From assembly GCA_020891255.1 (NCBI GenBank), contig BQFW01000013.1:1798001-1862000 (forward strand): DNA of 64,000 nt, written 5' to 3'. Positions 48,501 to 61,292 of this stretch are shown in pieces. A program made the translations under genes and the position numbers. Source of the DNA: Entomortierella parvispora E1425 (Eukaryota > Fungi > Mortierellomycota). The notes beneath the pieces are model-generated. The model was given only the letters and a program-made list of their open reading frames with translations. It was not told the origin of the DNA and searched no databases. Each line of letters opens with the position of its first letter. Position 1 is the first letter of the stretch.

Positions 48501-51129
48501 TATGTCTTGGTCGTTATGAGCAATTGGCGAGTTTGACGTACTCGCTGATCGAGAAAAACAGAAACGTCAGGGAGAGATGCAGGTGGCCGTGTTAGTTCCA
48601 ATGTTACAATTGCTATGTCTTCGTCGTTATGAGTAATTGGCGAGTTTGACGTACTCGCTGATCGGGAAAAACAGAAATGTCAGGAAGAAATACAGGTGGC
48701 CATGTTAGTTCCAATTTTACAATTGCCATGTTTTCGTCGTTATAAGCAATTAGCGAGTTTGACGTACCCGCTGATCGAGAAGAACGGAAACGCCAGGGAG
48801 AAATTCAGGTGGCCATGTTAGCTCAATCTTGCAATTGTTATGTCTTCGTTGTCATGAGCAACTAGTAGGCTTGGCTTACGGGCTAATTAAGAACAGAAAC
48901 GCCAGGTAGAAATACAGGTGGCCATATTAGTTGAATCTTGTAATTGTTATGTCTTCGTCGTTATGAGCAATTAGTAGGCTTGTCTTACTAGCTGATTCAG
49001 GAAACCAAACACGCCGGGTAGAAACATAGGTGGCCATTTTAGTTTCAATTTTGCAATTTTCATGTAGTCGTCCTCACCAACAATGAATTGGTTTGCCTTA
49101 CGTGCTGATTGAGAATAACAGAAACATCAGGGAGAAATACGAATGGCCATGTTAGTTCAACCTTTCAACTGCTACGTCCTCATCATCATGAGCAACTAGT
49201 AGGCTTGTCTTACGGGCTAATTAAGAACAGAAACGCCGGGTAGAAATACAGGTGGCCATGTTAGTTACAACAACCTTGTAGTTGCTACATATGTCTTCGT
49301 CGTTATGAGCAATTAAAAGGCTTGTCTTACTAGCTGATTGAGGAAACCAAACACGCCGGGTAGAAACATAGGTGGCCATTTTAGTCCCAATTTATCAACT
49401 GTCATGTGGTTGTCCTCACCAACAATGAACTGGTTTGCCTTACCAGCTGGTTGAGAAAAACAGAAGCGCCAGGTAGAAATACAGGTGGCCGTGTTAGTTC
49501 CAATGTTACAATTGCTAAGTCTTCGTCGTTATGAGCAATTGGCGAGTTTGACGTACCGGCTGATCGAGAAGAACAGGAGCGCCAGGGAGAAATACAGGTA
49601 GCCTTGTTAGTTCCATTGTTACAATGGCTATGTCTTGGTCGTTATGAGCAATTGGCGAGTTTGACGTACTCGCTGATCGAGAAAAACAGAAACGTCAGGG
49701 AGAGATGCAGGTGGCCGTGTTAGTTCCAATGTTACAATTGCTATGTCTTCGTCGTTATGAGTAATTGGCGAGTTTGACGTACTCGCTGATCGGGAAAAAC
49801 AGAAATGTCAGGAAGAAATACAGGTGGCCATGTTAGTTCCAATTTTACAATTGCCATGTTTTCGTCGTTATAAGCAATTAGCGAGTTTGACGTACCCGCT
49901 GATCGAGAAGAACGGAAACGCCAGGGAGAAATTCAGGTGGCCATGTTTGCTCAATCTTGCAATTGTTATGTCTTCGTTGTCATGAGCAACTAGTAGGCTT
50001 GGCTTACGGGCTAATTAAGAACAGAAACGCCAGGTAGAAATACAGGTGGCCATATTAGTTGAATCTTGTAATTGTTATGTCTTCGTCGTTATGAGCAATT
50101 AGTAGGCTTGTCTTACTAGCTGATTCAGGAAACCAAACACGCCGGGTAGAAACATAGGTGGCCATTTTAGTTTCAATTTTGCAATTTTCATGTAGTCGTC
50201 CTCACCAACAATGAATTGGTTTGCCTTACGTGCTGATTGAGAATAACAGAAACATCAGGGAGAAATACGAATGGCCATGTTAGTTCAACCTTTCAACTGC
50301 TACGTCCTCATCATCATGAGCAACTAGTAGGCTTGTCTTACGGGCTAATTAAGAACAGAAACGCCGGGTAGAAATACAGGTGGCCATGTTAGTTACAACA
50401 ACCTTGTAGTTGCTACATATGTCTTCGTCGTTATGAGCAATTAAAAGGCTTGTCTTACTAGCTGATTGAGGAAACCAAACACGCCGGGTAGAAACATAGG
50501 TGGCCATTTTAGTCCCAATTTATCAACTGTCATGTGGTTGTCCTCACCAACAATGAACTGGTTTGCCTTACCAGCTGATTGTGAAAAACAGAAGGGCCAG
50601 GGAGAAATACAGGTGGCCGTGTTAGTTCCAATGTTACAATTGCTATGTCTTTGTCGTTATGAGCAATTAGCGATTTTGACGTACTCGCTGATCGAGAAAA
50701 ACAGAAGCACCAGGGAGAAGTACAGGTGACCATGTTAGTTCCAATGTCACAATTGCCATGTTTTCGTCGTTATGAGCAATTAGCGAGTTTGACGTACCCG
50801 CTGATCGAGAAAAACAGAAACGCCAGGGAGAAATTCAGGTGGCCATGTTAGTTACAATCTTTAAATTGCTATGCTTTCGTCGTAGAGAAATTAGTAGGCT
50901 TGTCTTACGGACTGATTAAGAACAGAAACACCAAGGAAAGTGTTAGTTCCAATCTTGCCATGGTTATGTTTTCGTCGATACTGATAATAGGACGGGTTGT
51001 CGTAATCGACAGCCAGTGTTGATCCAGAGGCGCCCGTAGTCTTGCGCTTTTCTTCTGTTCAACTTACACGGGAGCAGCGATAGTGAGACCTAGAAAGGCA
51101 ACAAGGACAAGAAGGAATTCGATTTTCAT
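45507..51129 (-). CDS. Micro-exon gene encoding a 71-aa secreted Pro/Cys/Tyr/Asp-rich peptide: 50 exons, 48 of them 3 nt
   Basis: Exon 1 is 51129-51068 (ATG...GCT CCC GT|GTAAGT). Micro-exons in transcript order (lowest coordinate, minus-strand triplet): 50909 TCC, 50798 CGG, 50685 CGA, 50572 CTG, 50459 CTA, 50342 CCC, 50230 CAC, 50117 CTA, 50008 CCC, 49896 CGG, 49783 CGA, 49670 CGA, 49557 CCG, 49444 CTG, 49331 CTA, 49214 CCC, 49102 CAC, 48989 CTA, 48880 CCC, 48768 CGG, 48655 CGA, 48542 CGA, 48429 CCG, 48316 CTG, 48197 CAA, 48087 GAC, 47978 ACC, 47868 CCC, 47759 CCC, 47650 CCC, 47539 CCC, 47427 CGA, 47307 CAA, 47194 CAC, 47084 CCC, 46975 CCC, 46863 CCG, 46751 CGA, 46641 CCC, 46531 CCC, 46418 CTG, 46305 CCA, 46192 CTA, 46072 CGG, 45960 CGA, 45848 GCG, 45735 CTG, 45628 CTA. 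The last exon is 45516-45507 (TTTCCAG|C AAA AAA TAG). CDS length 62+144+10 = 216 nt. Confidence 0.8.
45517..50965 (-). repeat. Tandem array of ~107-120 bp units, each one intron plus one 3-nt exon
   Basis: Minus-strand consensus: GTA(A/C)G..aaactcgctaattgctcataacgacgaagacatagcaattgtaacattggaaCTAACatggccacctgtatttctccctggcgtttctgtttttctcgatCAG-NNN. There are 48 AG-NNN-GT junctions. Confidence 0.95.
48316..50574 (-). repeat. Higher-order 1128-bp (10-unit) tandem duplication inside the micro-exon array
   Basis: Eleven consecutive micro-exon positions are offset by exactly 1128 bp with identical triplets (e.g. 50572/49444/48316 CTG; 50342/49214 CCC). The unit encodes CYPTYPGDDR. Confidence 0.9.
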
Positions 51130-52248
51130 TGTAAGGCCGATTGGAGTTGTGTGAAGTAGTTGAGCAAGGTCAGGATGAAGAGAAAGGTGTGGATCAAGCG
51201 ACGGTCATTACACAAAGTAAACAGCGGTATTTAAAGGAGTCAGAGCAAAGAAAATATCTAGGCCTTAGTTCAAACTGGCATTGTTTTTTCAGATCATTAA
51301 AGGGGCACCACTCACCTTGCACTTACTTTCTGGATGGAGACACTCAATATCAGATTACAGTCATTCACATTTACTGACATTGCGAATTTCAGATCGCGGC
51401 AGTATGTTTTTTTTTTTTTGTTTGTCAGAAATTGGTTGACGACAACTGGTGGCCGTGGAAAGCAAGAGCACTGCGTTAGATTGCGCACCTGAATCACTGG
51501 AAACAGCTGGCAAGAGTGCGTTTTGTGTTTCTGTGAGTCTTCATTAAGCCTTGCCAAGATTGGGCCGGCATCCGCTCGAACCACGCGTGCCCTGGCAACA
51601 CATCCTTTTTTCAAACAAAAACAAAAAAAAAGAAAGGGCGTTAGTCTGGTCGGGCATCGTTTTCCTTCAGACCCTGCAAGCGAGGGAATGGAGAGTGGTG
51701 CACAGGTCTGTTGTTGACATAAGTAGAAGGTCAAAGAGTGGGCTGAGACGCTCTACATGCCGATTGAGTAGAGTCGGATATACCAAAAAAAGATAGGGCA
51801 GGACACCAACCACAGGAGGGACTCAGGGTAACAGGCATCCTAAGTTTTCATCCGCCACCCATTCCCTCAGCCCTGCTGCAATTTTCTTTGTGCGACCAGC
51901 CCAGGGTCATTATAACAAAATCATGGCAAATTAAGAGGCAACGCAAAAGCAAAGTCAACCTTCTGACATTACCTGTGAATCGACCACTTTTTTTTGTAGA
52001 TCTCGACTACATGTTCAATTGCAGGACCTGCGAAATCTATTTTTGTTCACCAGTCAAGCATCGCAAGGGTTCTCTGCTTGTCAATTCGACACCAGCAGTC
52101 TAGGTACGCTTAATTTGTTCCTACATCCTTTCTGCCTCGTTGAGCCTGCAGTGCCCAAGGCAAAGAGGCCTCTCTGTCTCCCCCCTCCTCCATGGTGCGC
52201 CACCAATCTATGCCAATTTTTTATTTTATTTTTTATTTTTTTCTACTC

Positions 52249-53538
52249 TCACGAAATGGTTCGGGAGGCAGCTTTGCGAAGTCGATTCATGACCGCAAGA
52301 CCTTCATCGTCTTCGCTGATACCCTCCACAAAAATGCAGTCGACTTTCTGGCCATCCAAGTAACGGAGACCCTTGAACAGCTCCCTAGCAACATCTTCTG
52401 GTTTGGATCCCTGCCCCAATGGAAATTCAATCACTTCCCTTGGCTGTGACTCTGGCAATGACGAGGACGACTCGCGGCTAATCAGAGGGGCAGTCAGACT
52501 GAAGGATGTGCGCAGAATACCGAACCGGCGTTTGCCCTCTTTCTTTAGCCTGTCGATTTCCTTCAGGATAACACTGTACTGAGCCGTCGTGGCATCCGAC
52601 GTCTTTGATCCAACATCGGACGAGGCCCCATACTCGACCAAAACGACCTCAGCTTCTGGAGAATAATGGCGATACTTCATTCCAGGTGTAGTAGGTGTCT
52701 GCTCCATGGCCACATCCGTGAAATGCTTCTTGTAGACTTGAACGCCCTCCATTCCTTTCACCATCCGGATCTGTTCGTATGTAACTCCTCCGGGCCTCAA
52801 GATCGCAGGTGGAACGCGGAGACCATCCACGACCGTCGATTCAATTCCAAAGCTGCATTGGCCACCGTCGATTATCATGGGGATCTTGCCTGCAAGATCA
52901 TCCATCACATGTGATGCGAGAGTTGGGGATGGCTTTCCAGATGAGTTGGCGGAAGGTGCAGCAAGCGGCAGTTCACAGGCTGTGATCAGAGCTCTTGTAA
53001 TTGGATGGGAAGGGAAACGGACAGCGACGGTGGGCTGAGCACATGTAATCTCGTTTGGGATCAAAGCAGACCTTGGGAAGAGTAGGGTCAATGCTCCTGG
53101 CCAGTAAGCCTTGATAAGTTCTGTATACACTTCTGGGATAGTATTGTCCTTGAGCATGGATCGAAGCATCTTGAGAGATGAGACGTGAACGATCAACGGG
53201 TTATCTTGGGGTCGGTTCTTTGCTTCAAAGATGCGTTTAGCAGCTACAGAGTCGAGGGCATTCGCCGCAAGTCCATAAACGGTCTCAGTGGGCATACCGA
53301 CGACTTGTCCCGCTCGCAGGAGCTTTGCAGCACTTTCGAGAACTTGGCGAGTGTGTGGATCAGAGATAATAGGTACAGGGTCCTCGAGATCGGAGGTGGA
53401 GGTATAAGTGATCGAGGCAGGGTCGATCTTCTCGAGAAGGGTTGTGAACAAGGGAGCAACTGAGGACGGCTGAGGAAGCGATGCAGAGGAAGAAGCCGCT
53501 GCGCCCGAGTTGGTGGCGGCAGGACTGAGGTAGGTCAT
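52249..53538 (-). CDS. SUA5: Threonylcarbamoyl-AMP synthase Sua5 (t6A tRNA modification, ~429 aa)
   Basis: Intronless. Motifs VGMPTETVYGLAANAL, AKNRPQDNPLIVHV, WPGALTLL, PLAAPSANSSGKPSPT, GIESTVVD, ILRPGG, PGMKYRHYSP, C-terminal AVMNRLRKAA. Confidence 0.95.
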   Translation of the reverse strand: MTYLSPAATNSGAAASSSASLPQPSSVAPLFTTLLEKIDPASITYTSTSDLEDPVPIISDPHTRQVLESAAKLLRAGQVVGMPTETVYGLAANALDSVAAKRIFEAKNRPQDNPLIVHVSSLKMLRSMLKDNTIPEVYTELIKAYWPGALTLLFPRSALIPNEITCAQPTVAVRFPSHPITRALITACELPLAAPSANSSGKPSPTLASHVMDDLAGKIPMIIDGGQCSFGIESTVVDGLRVPPAILRPGGVTYEQIRMVKGMEGVQVYKKHFTDVAMEQTPTTPGMKYRHYSPEAEVVLVEYGASSDVGSKTSDATTAQYSVILKEIDRLKKEGKRRFGILRTSFSLTAPLISRESSSSLPESQPREVIEFPLGQGSKPEDVARELFKGLRYLDGQKVDCIFVEGISEDDEGLAVMNRLRKAASRTIS

Positions 53539-53984
53539 AGTGCGAGATCTGGACAAGAGGTGAAGAGAGAGTAAAGATGGGAATGGCGAGCGAAGGATCC
53601 TTTGAGCAAACATGCACCGCAGCTGGCAGAAGAAGAGGAGGGGATGGTGCGGGCGCAATGATGCGGTGGATTCACTTGGACAGTCGAGTTGGCGATGAGG
53701 TGAATGAGGTGAATGAGGTGAATGAGGTGAATGAGTCAACCGCAGCGAACGCCTCCAAGGGAACAAAGGCAGAAAAAAAAAAAAAAAAAAGAAAAAGACA
53801 ACCAAAAAAGAACAAAGTGCAGCAGTCACACCACGTGACCCCTTCGCCCATGGGCTAGCGCAGCGAGGGGGGAGAGGCCGCGTTGCGCGTCTTTTTCTTT
53901 TCTTTTTTGCCACCATCTTGCGCAGACACCCCCATTCCATTCCATTCATACCACCCTCTCTCTGTTCTGCTTTTCGAATCCGAC
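53539..53984. promoter_or_regulatory. Probable bidirectional promoter region (SUA5 / HECT ligase), includes a (GAGGTGAAT)x4 repeat
   Basis: 446-bp head-to-head gap with a 9-bp tandem repeat at about 53696-53735. Positional inference only. Confidence 0.4.
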
Positions 53985-56900
53985 ATGTTCGACGGCAGCT
54001 TCAAGGCCAGAAGGACCATCAACCTCGGTGGAAATAAACAGCAGGTCGATAAGCAGAGGCTACTACGTCAGGCCCAGGAGGAGAGGCGTCTTCGAGAGGC
54101 AGAGAGGCTTCGACAGAAATCGGCTGAACGCATCCAGGTAATGGCAACGGCAATGGACATGTCAATGCCACTAGCATGTCTTTAGCACCGACTTCTTTTC
54201 CGTTTCATGAAGCTCACCAGCACAGTGCCCTTCTCTAATAGGCCTGGTATCGTGGAAGAACAGTTGCGAGAACAGTGCGACAGGATCTGCGGCAGGCATG
54301 GGATCAGGAAACCCTTGCCCTTGAAACTTCCATTCGTTCAGGCGATACGTCACTGGTACAGGAATGTGATGGAGCTCATGCTTCTGTCAGGACTTTTTTG
54401 ATATTTTTTCGACCCGCAGTCGATCACAAGCGCCTTGTCCGTTTGTGCTCGTTGCTGGTTATGCCATCAGGCTCGAAAAAGATTACGCTTTTCGCCAAAC
54501 CTTTTCAACTTGAGCAGGATAAACCATCATCCTGGATATTACTTTTGAAACGTGCGATACCAAAGATCTCTGAATATCTGGGTACACATGCCAACTGGTA
54601 AGAACTTGGCTTTATGAGACGGTACCGAGGAATTCACGCCATTAACTGACTCGACTGTTTCTTAGGGAGGAGAATGAGGCGGATCAGGTTGTGACATTTC
54701 TGGACACAATATCATCTTCAGAGTCTTTCTTGACAGCAGTGGAGGCTGCTCCGGCTACAGAACTTTCTCAGGCCTTTGTGGACTCGAGAATTATCCCCGA
54801 CATTTCTCTATTCGTGAACCGCACTGTAAGGATGCACACTGGAGTATGACAGCTGTGCTCAGCACTCACTTATCCATTTGAAACTAATGTCGTTGGGACT
54901 CTTTGATAGCCCGTAGAGGACAAGGACCGGCCATCGGTTGCCAGAGCCCTTCTATTATCAACACGGATATGTCGATCATCATATACAAAGGACGGGAACG
55001 CCGGCGCTCTGGATCAGTTTGTGACCAGAATCCTAACGCTACCTCTCCTACCGAACCGAGTGTCCCTTGCAACCCTAACAGCGTTCACGACTCGGCTCCC
55101 ACTGGACGCCATTCTTCAGCATCTTGCATCCACCGCATGTTCCAGCGTCGCTCAACTGCCTCAAAACAAGGTCATTCCATTGATGGCGAATATTTTGGCG
55201 TTCGGTTACCAACGCGTAGCAAAGATGAGCACCGCGGTATCCAATGCGTACTTGCAAGTGCTCACCTGCTTACTAGGCTTGATTCCCGTGGACTCTATTG
55301 AAGCTCCCGCGAAACCCCAGAGGGACGAGGACAATGATGACTTGGATGATCTGGAGTGGCGTACGGAAGAGCTTCCAGGATCCCCTTCAAAATCTCCCAG
55401 GAATACCTCATCAAACACAGCCTTGGATTCAAGGGTTATGAAATGGCTATCACTTGCCCACGACAACAGCCATTTGAACGATATCCTGGGATCCATAGTC
55501 CCTGCATCTTCGACTAAGGATGATCCCTCTGACATTTTGTCGACTGCAGCGATTGGTGACATTACGCTATTCCTGTTGAATCTCATCACACTTTTCCCAT
55601 CCCACAAAATCAATATTCTCAGCAACTTGATGTACTTTAAGTTTGGGTCGACTGGAAGGAAGTCTTCAGCGTCAACTCAGAGTGGAGGCAAGTTTTTCGG
55701 CATTTCAATCATCAAAATATTTTTGGATGCATTCATGTCGACGCAACTTTACCAGCAGTTGCTTCAGTCAATGCAACAAGATACCCCGTTGAGCGTTCAG
55801 CTAGTGCTTGATCCTGGACATGCGAAAGCCTGGAATCTGCTGGCGTTTGTTTCTGAACTTTATTGCCAGATTCTCGTGACGATGGGCGATGACGAGTTTC
55901 ACGACGACTCCAAGAACCCGATCAGTTTATCAAGTGTGATCACATTATCGTCGATTGTGCGGGTAAGCGCCGATAACCAGTACTGATATATATTGCTTTG
56001 GAACGGATGACTGTGGCCAAACTAATGAAATTTGTATGCTTTGATAGGATATTGCATTTCTTCTGTGGTGGAACGACAATGCGTTGAATATGGATTCAAA
56101 TATTGGGGGCTCAAAAAATCTCAAAGTCGGATACTTGCGCGACATTGTCACCAAGCTGACTCGTCAACTACATGCCCGAGAGTAAGAGTTGATTACGACT
56201 GCTATGTTTGTGCTGGTTATGTCTGTATGTCTGTAATAACCTGTCAAATTCCTTTGCATTCTAGCTCTCGACGCCCTTACTGCCCTAAGGATCACTGGCT
56301 ACTGTCGATGCCGTTGGATATGATGGCCTTCCAGCAGGCTGTCATTCAAGATGAACAGAATCTTAGTCAGGACCAAGATCAAGACGACAACGAGCAAGAT
56401 GGAGATTCGCTTATGGGTGGGCTTGGAGAAGTTAGGATGCGACGAAATACTAATCGACGACAACGAAGCTCTCAGCTAGCGCGACTCAGCCCTCGCCTAG
56501 GTGTGCTCAACAATATCCCGTTCGTCATACGATTCGAGGACAGGGTCACTATTTTCAGATCGTTTGTGGAATCTGATCGCAAGCGGACTACTGGAGTGAC
56601 AGGCTATCACCCTCAGGCCGTTGGAGTTGCCAACATCCAACGTGGCTCCGTCTTTGAGGATGGCTTTGAACAGCTGAATCATTTGGGGTCAAAACTGAAG
56701 GGCAGGATCGCAATCAGTTTTATTGATCAGTATGGAATTCCGGAGGCCGGTATCGATGGAGGTGGTGTGTTCAAGGAGTTTCTGACTTCTTTGGTTCTTC
56801 AGGCCTTTGACACGAACTATGGCCTTTTTATGAACACATCGGAGCAGCTTCTTTATCCAAACCCTCATGGATTTGCTCAGGAGAAAACTCAGCTGAGACA

Positions 56901-57792
56901 CTACGAGTTTTTGGGGCGAATCCTGGGCAAGGCGCTATATGAGGGCATTTTGATTGACGCTGCATTTGCTGGATTCTTTTTGAGCAAATGTTTGGGACAA
57001 GTCAACTATCTGGACGACCTTCCTTCGCTGGACCCTGAGCTATACAAGGGACTGATGTTTTTAAAGAACTATGAGGGCAATGTCGAAGACCTTTCTTTGT
57101 ACTTTACTGTTGACGATGAAGGTAATGCCTTACTTTTGCAGGAGTCTCTTCGCGGGCTTGGCTGCTCTTCCACGCTCTTTCTTTCTAATCCATGCGCCTA
57201 TTTTACCTGGACTTTGATAGAGATGGGCACCACCCTTACACGCGAGCTTGTCCCCAATGGAAGTAATACTCTGGTAACAAAACAGAATCGCATTCGATAC
57301 ATTTATCTCACGGCCCACTACCGGCTTAACACACAGATCGACCGACAGTGCAGAGCGTTCTTCCGAGGTCTGTCAGATCTGATTGACCCAAAATGGCTCT
57401 GGATGTTTAACCAGCATGAGCTGCAGGTGATGCTTGGGGGTGCTCAAACAGGCATCTCGCTGACCGATCTGGCCAAGAACGTAGTATATAGCAATTTTGT
57501 AGAAACGGACCCCACCATTCAATACTTTTGGTCTGTCGTGCAGGAGATGACCGAGGAGGACCGACGGTTACTGATCAAGTTTATAACCTCATGTGCAAGA
57601 CCCCCGCTGCTTGGGTTCAAAGAACTGAACCCGAAGCTTTGTATCCGAAATGCGGGCCAGGAGGAGGACCGACTTCCAACGAGTAGTACGTGCATGAACC
57701 TGCTCAAGCTGCCTGCGTTCACAAGCCGACAGCGACTGAAGGACAAGTTGATGTATGCGATCCATTCTGAGGCCGGGTTCGACCTGTCGTAG
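53985..57792 (+). CDS. HUL5: HECT E3 ubiquitin ligase, UBE3C/Hul5 type (multi-exon)
   Basis: N-terminus MFDGSFKARRTINLGG, with an IQ motif formed across intron 1 (RIQ|AWYRGR). C-terminal HECT: EAGIDGGGVFKEFL, LYPNP, FLGRILGKALYEGIL, RLPTSSTCMNLLKLP...GFDLS*. Internal exon boundaries were only partly resolved. Confidence 0.88.
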
Positions 57793-58177
57793 AAAAGTAA
57801 AAAAAAAAACTCAAATGAAGAGGCAAACAGAGTCAGAATGAGAGAGATTGAAAAGGCAGTCACTCGACTAGCTTCCCCACGCGATTCGTTCCTGTCGATG
57901 TGTTATCTCGAGAACGGCGCACGCACATGGGAAACGAAGATAAAAAGTGGCCTCGGAGACCAACCGGCCCCTGTTGGCTTTCCTACTTTTGTTCTTCGCT
58001 CTTTCTCTCTCTCTCTCACACTCTTTCTTCTTCACCCCTCCCTTCCTTTCTCATTCTTCCTCTCCTCTCTGTTTTCATTCATTTCTTTTCGTTTCATTCA
58101 TCCATCCCCCTCGTCTCCCGCCCCGCTCTTGTTCTGTGCCACCTTCTCCACTCCCTTCACACTTTATATCAACAACC

Positions 58178-61182
<3,005 letters not shown>

Positions 61183-61292
61183 ACATAATACCTCAACACA
61201 CATGCACCCACCACCATTTAGAGACTCTTTTTTTGCATCTTTTTTTTTTTTTTTATTAAAAAAAAAAACTTTCTGTATCGTATGTCTATGAA

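Noticed and set aside
45560-50960. Array as CRISPR, centromeric satellite or coding tandem repeat (ORFs 46054-46353, 47152-47493, 50466-50733)
   Set aside because: Eukaryotic context, no unique spacers and no cas genes. Unit length (~112 bp) is mostly not a multiple of 3 and the ORFs hit stops. The invariant YAG-NNN-GT pattern plus flanking signal and stop exons explain it better.
45560-50960. Plus-strand splice reading (CAG|GTGGCC ... ATTAG|, ~55-nt exons)
   Set aside because: Non-consensus donor, exon length not frame-preserving, acceptor often mutated (AATAAG, ATTGG, ATTAA) and no start exon.
52249-53949. 566-aa annotation of SUA5 from the ORF track
   Set aside because: The first 137 codons run through poly-T and repeat UTR sequence from a non-ATG start; ATG 53538 is more plausible.
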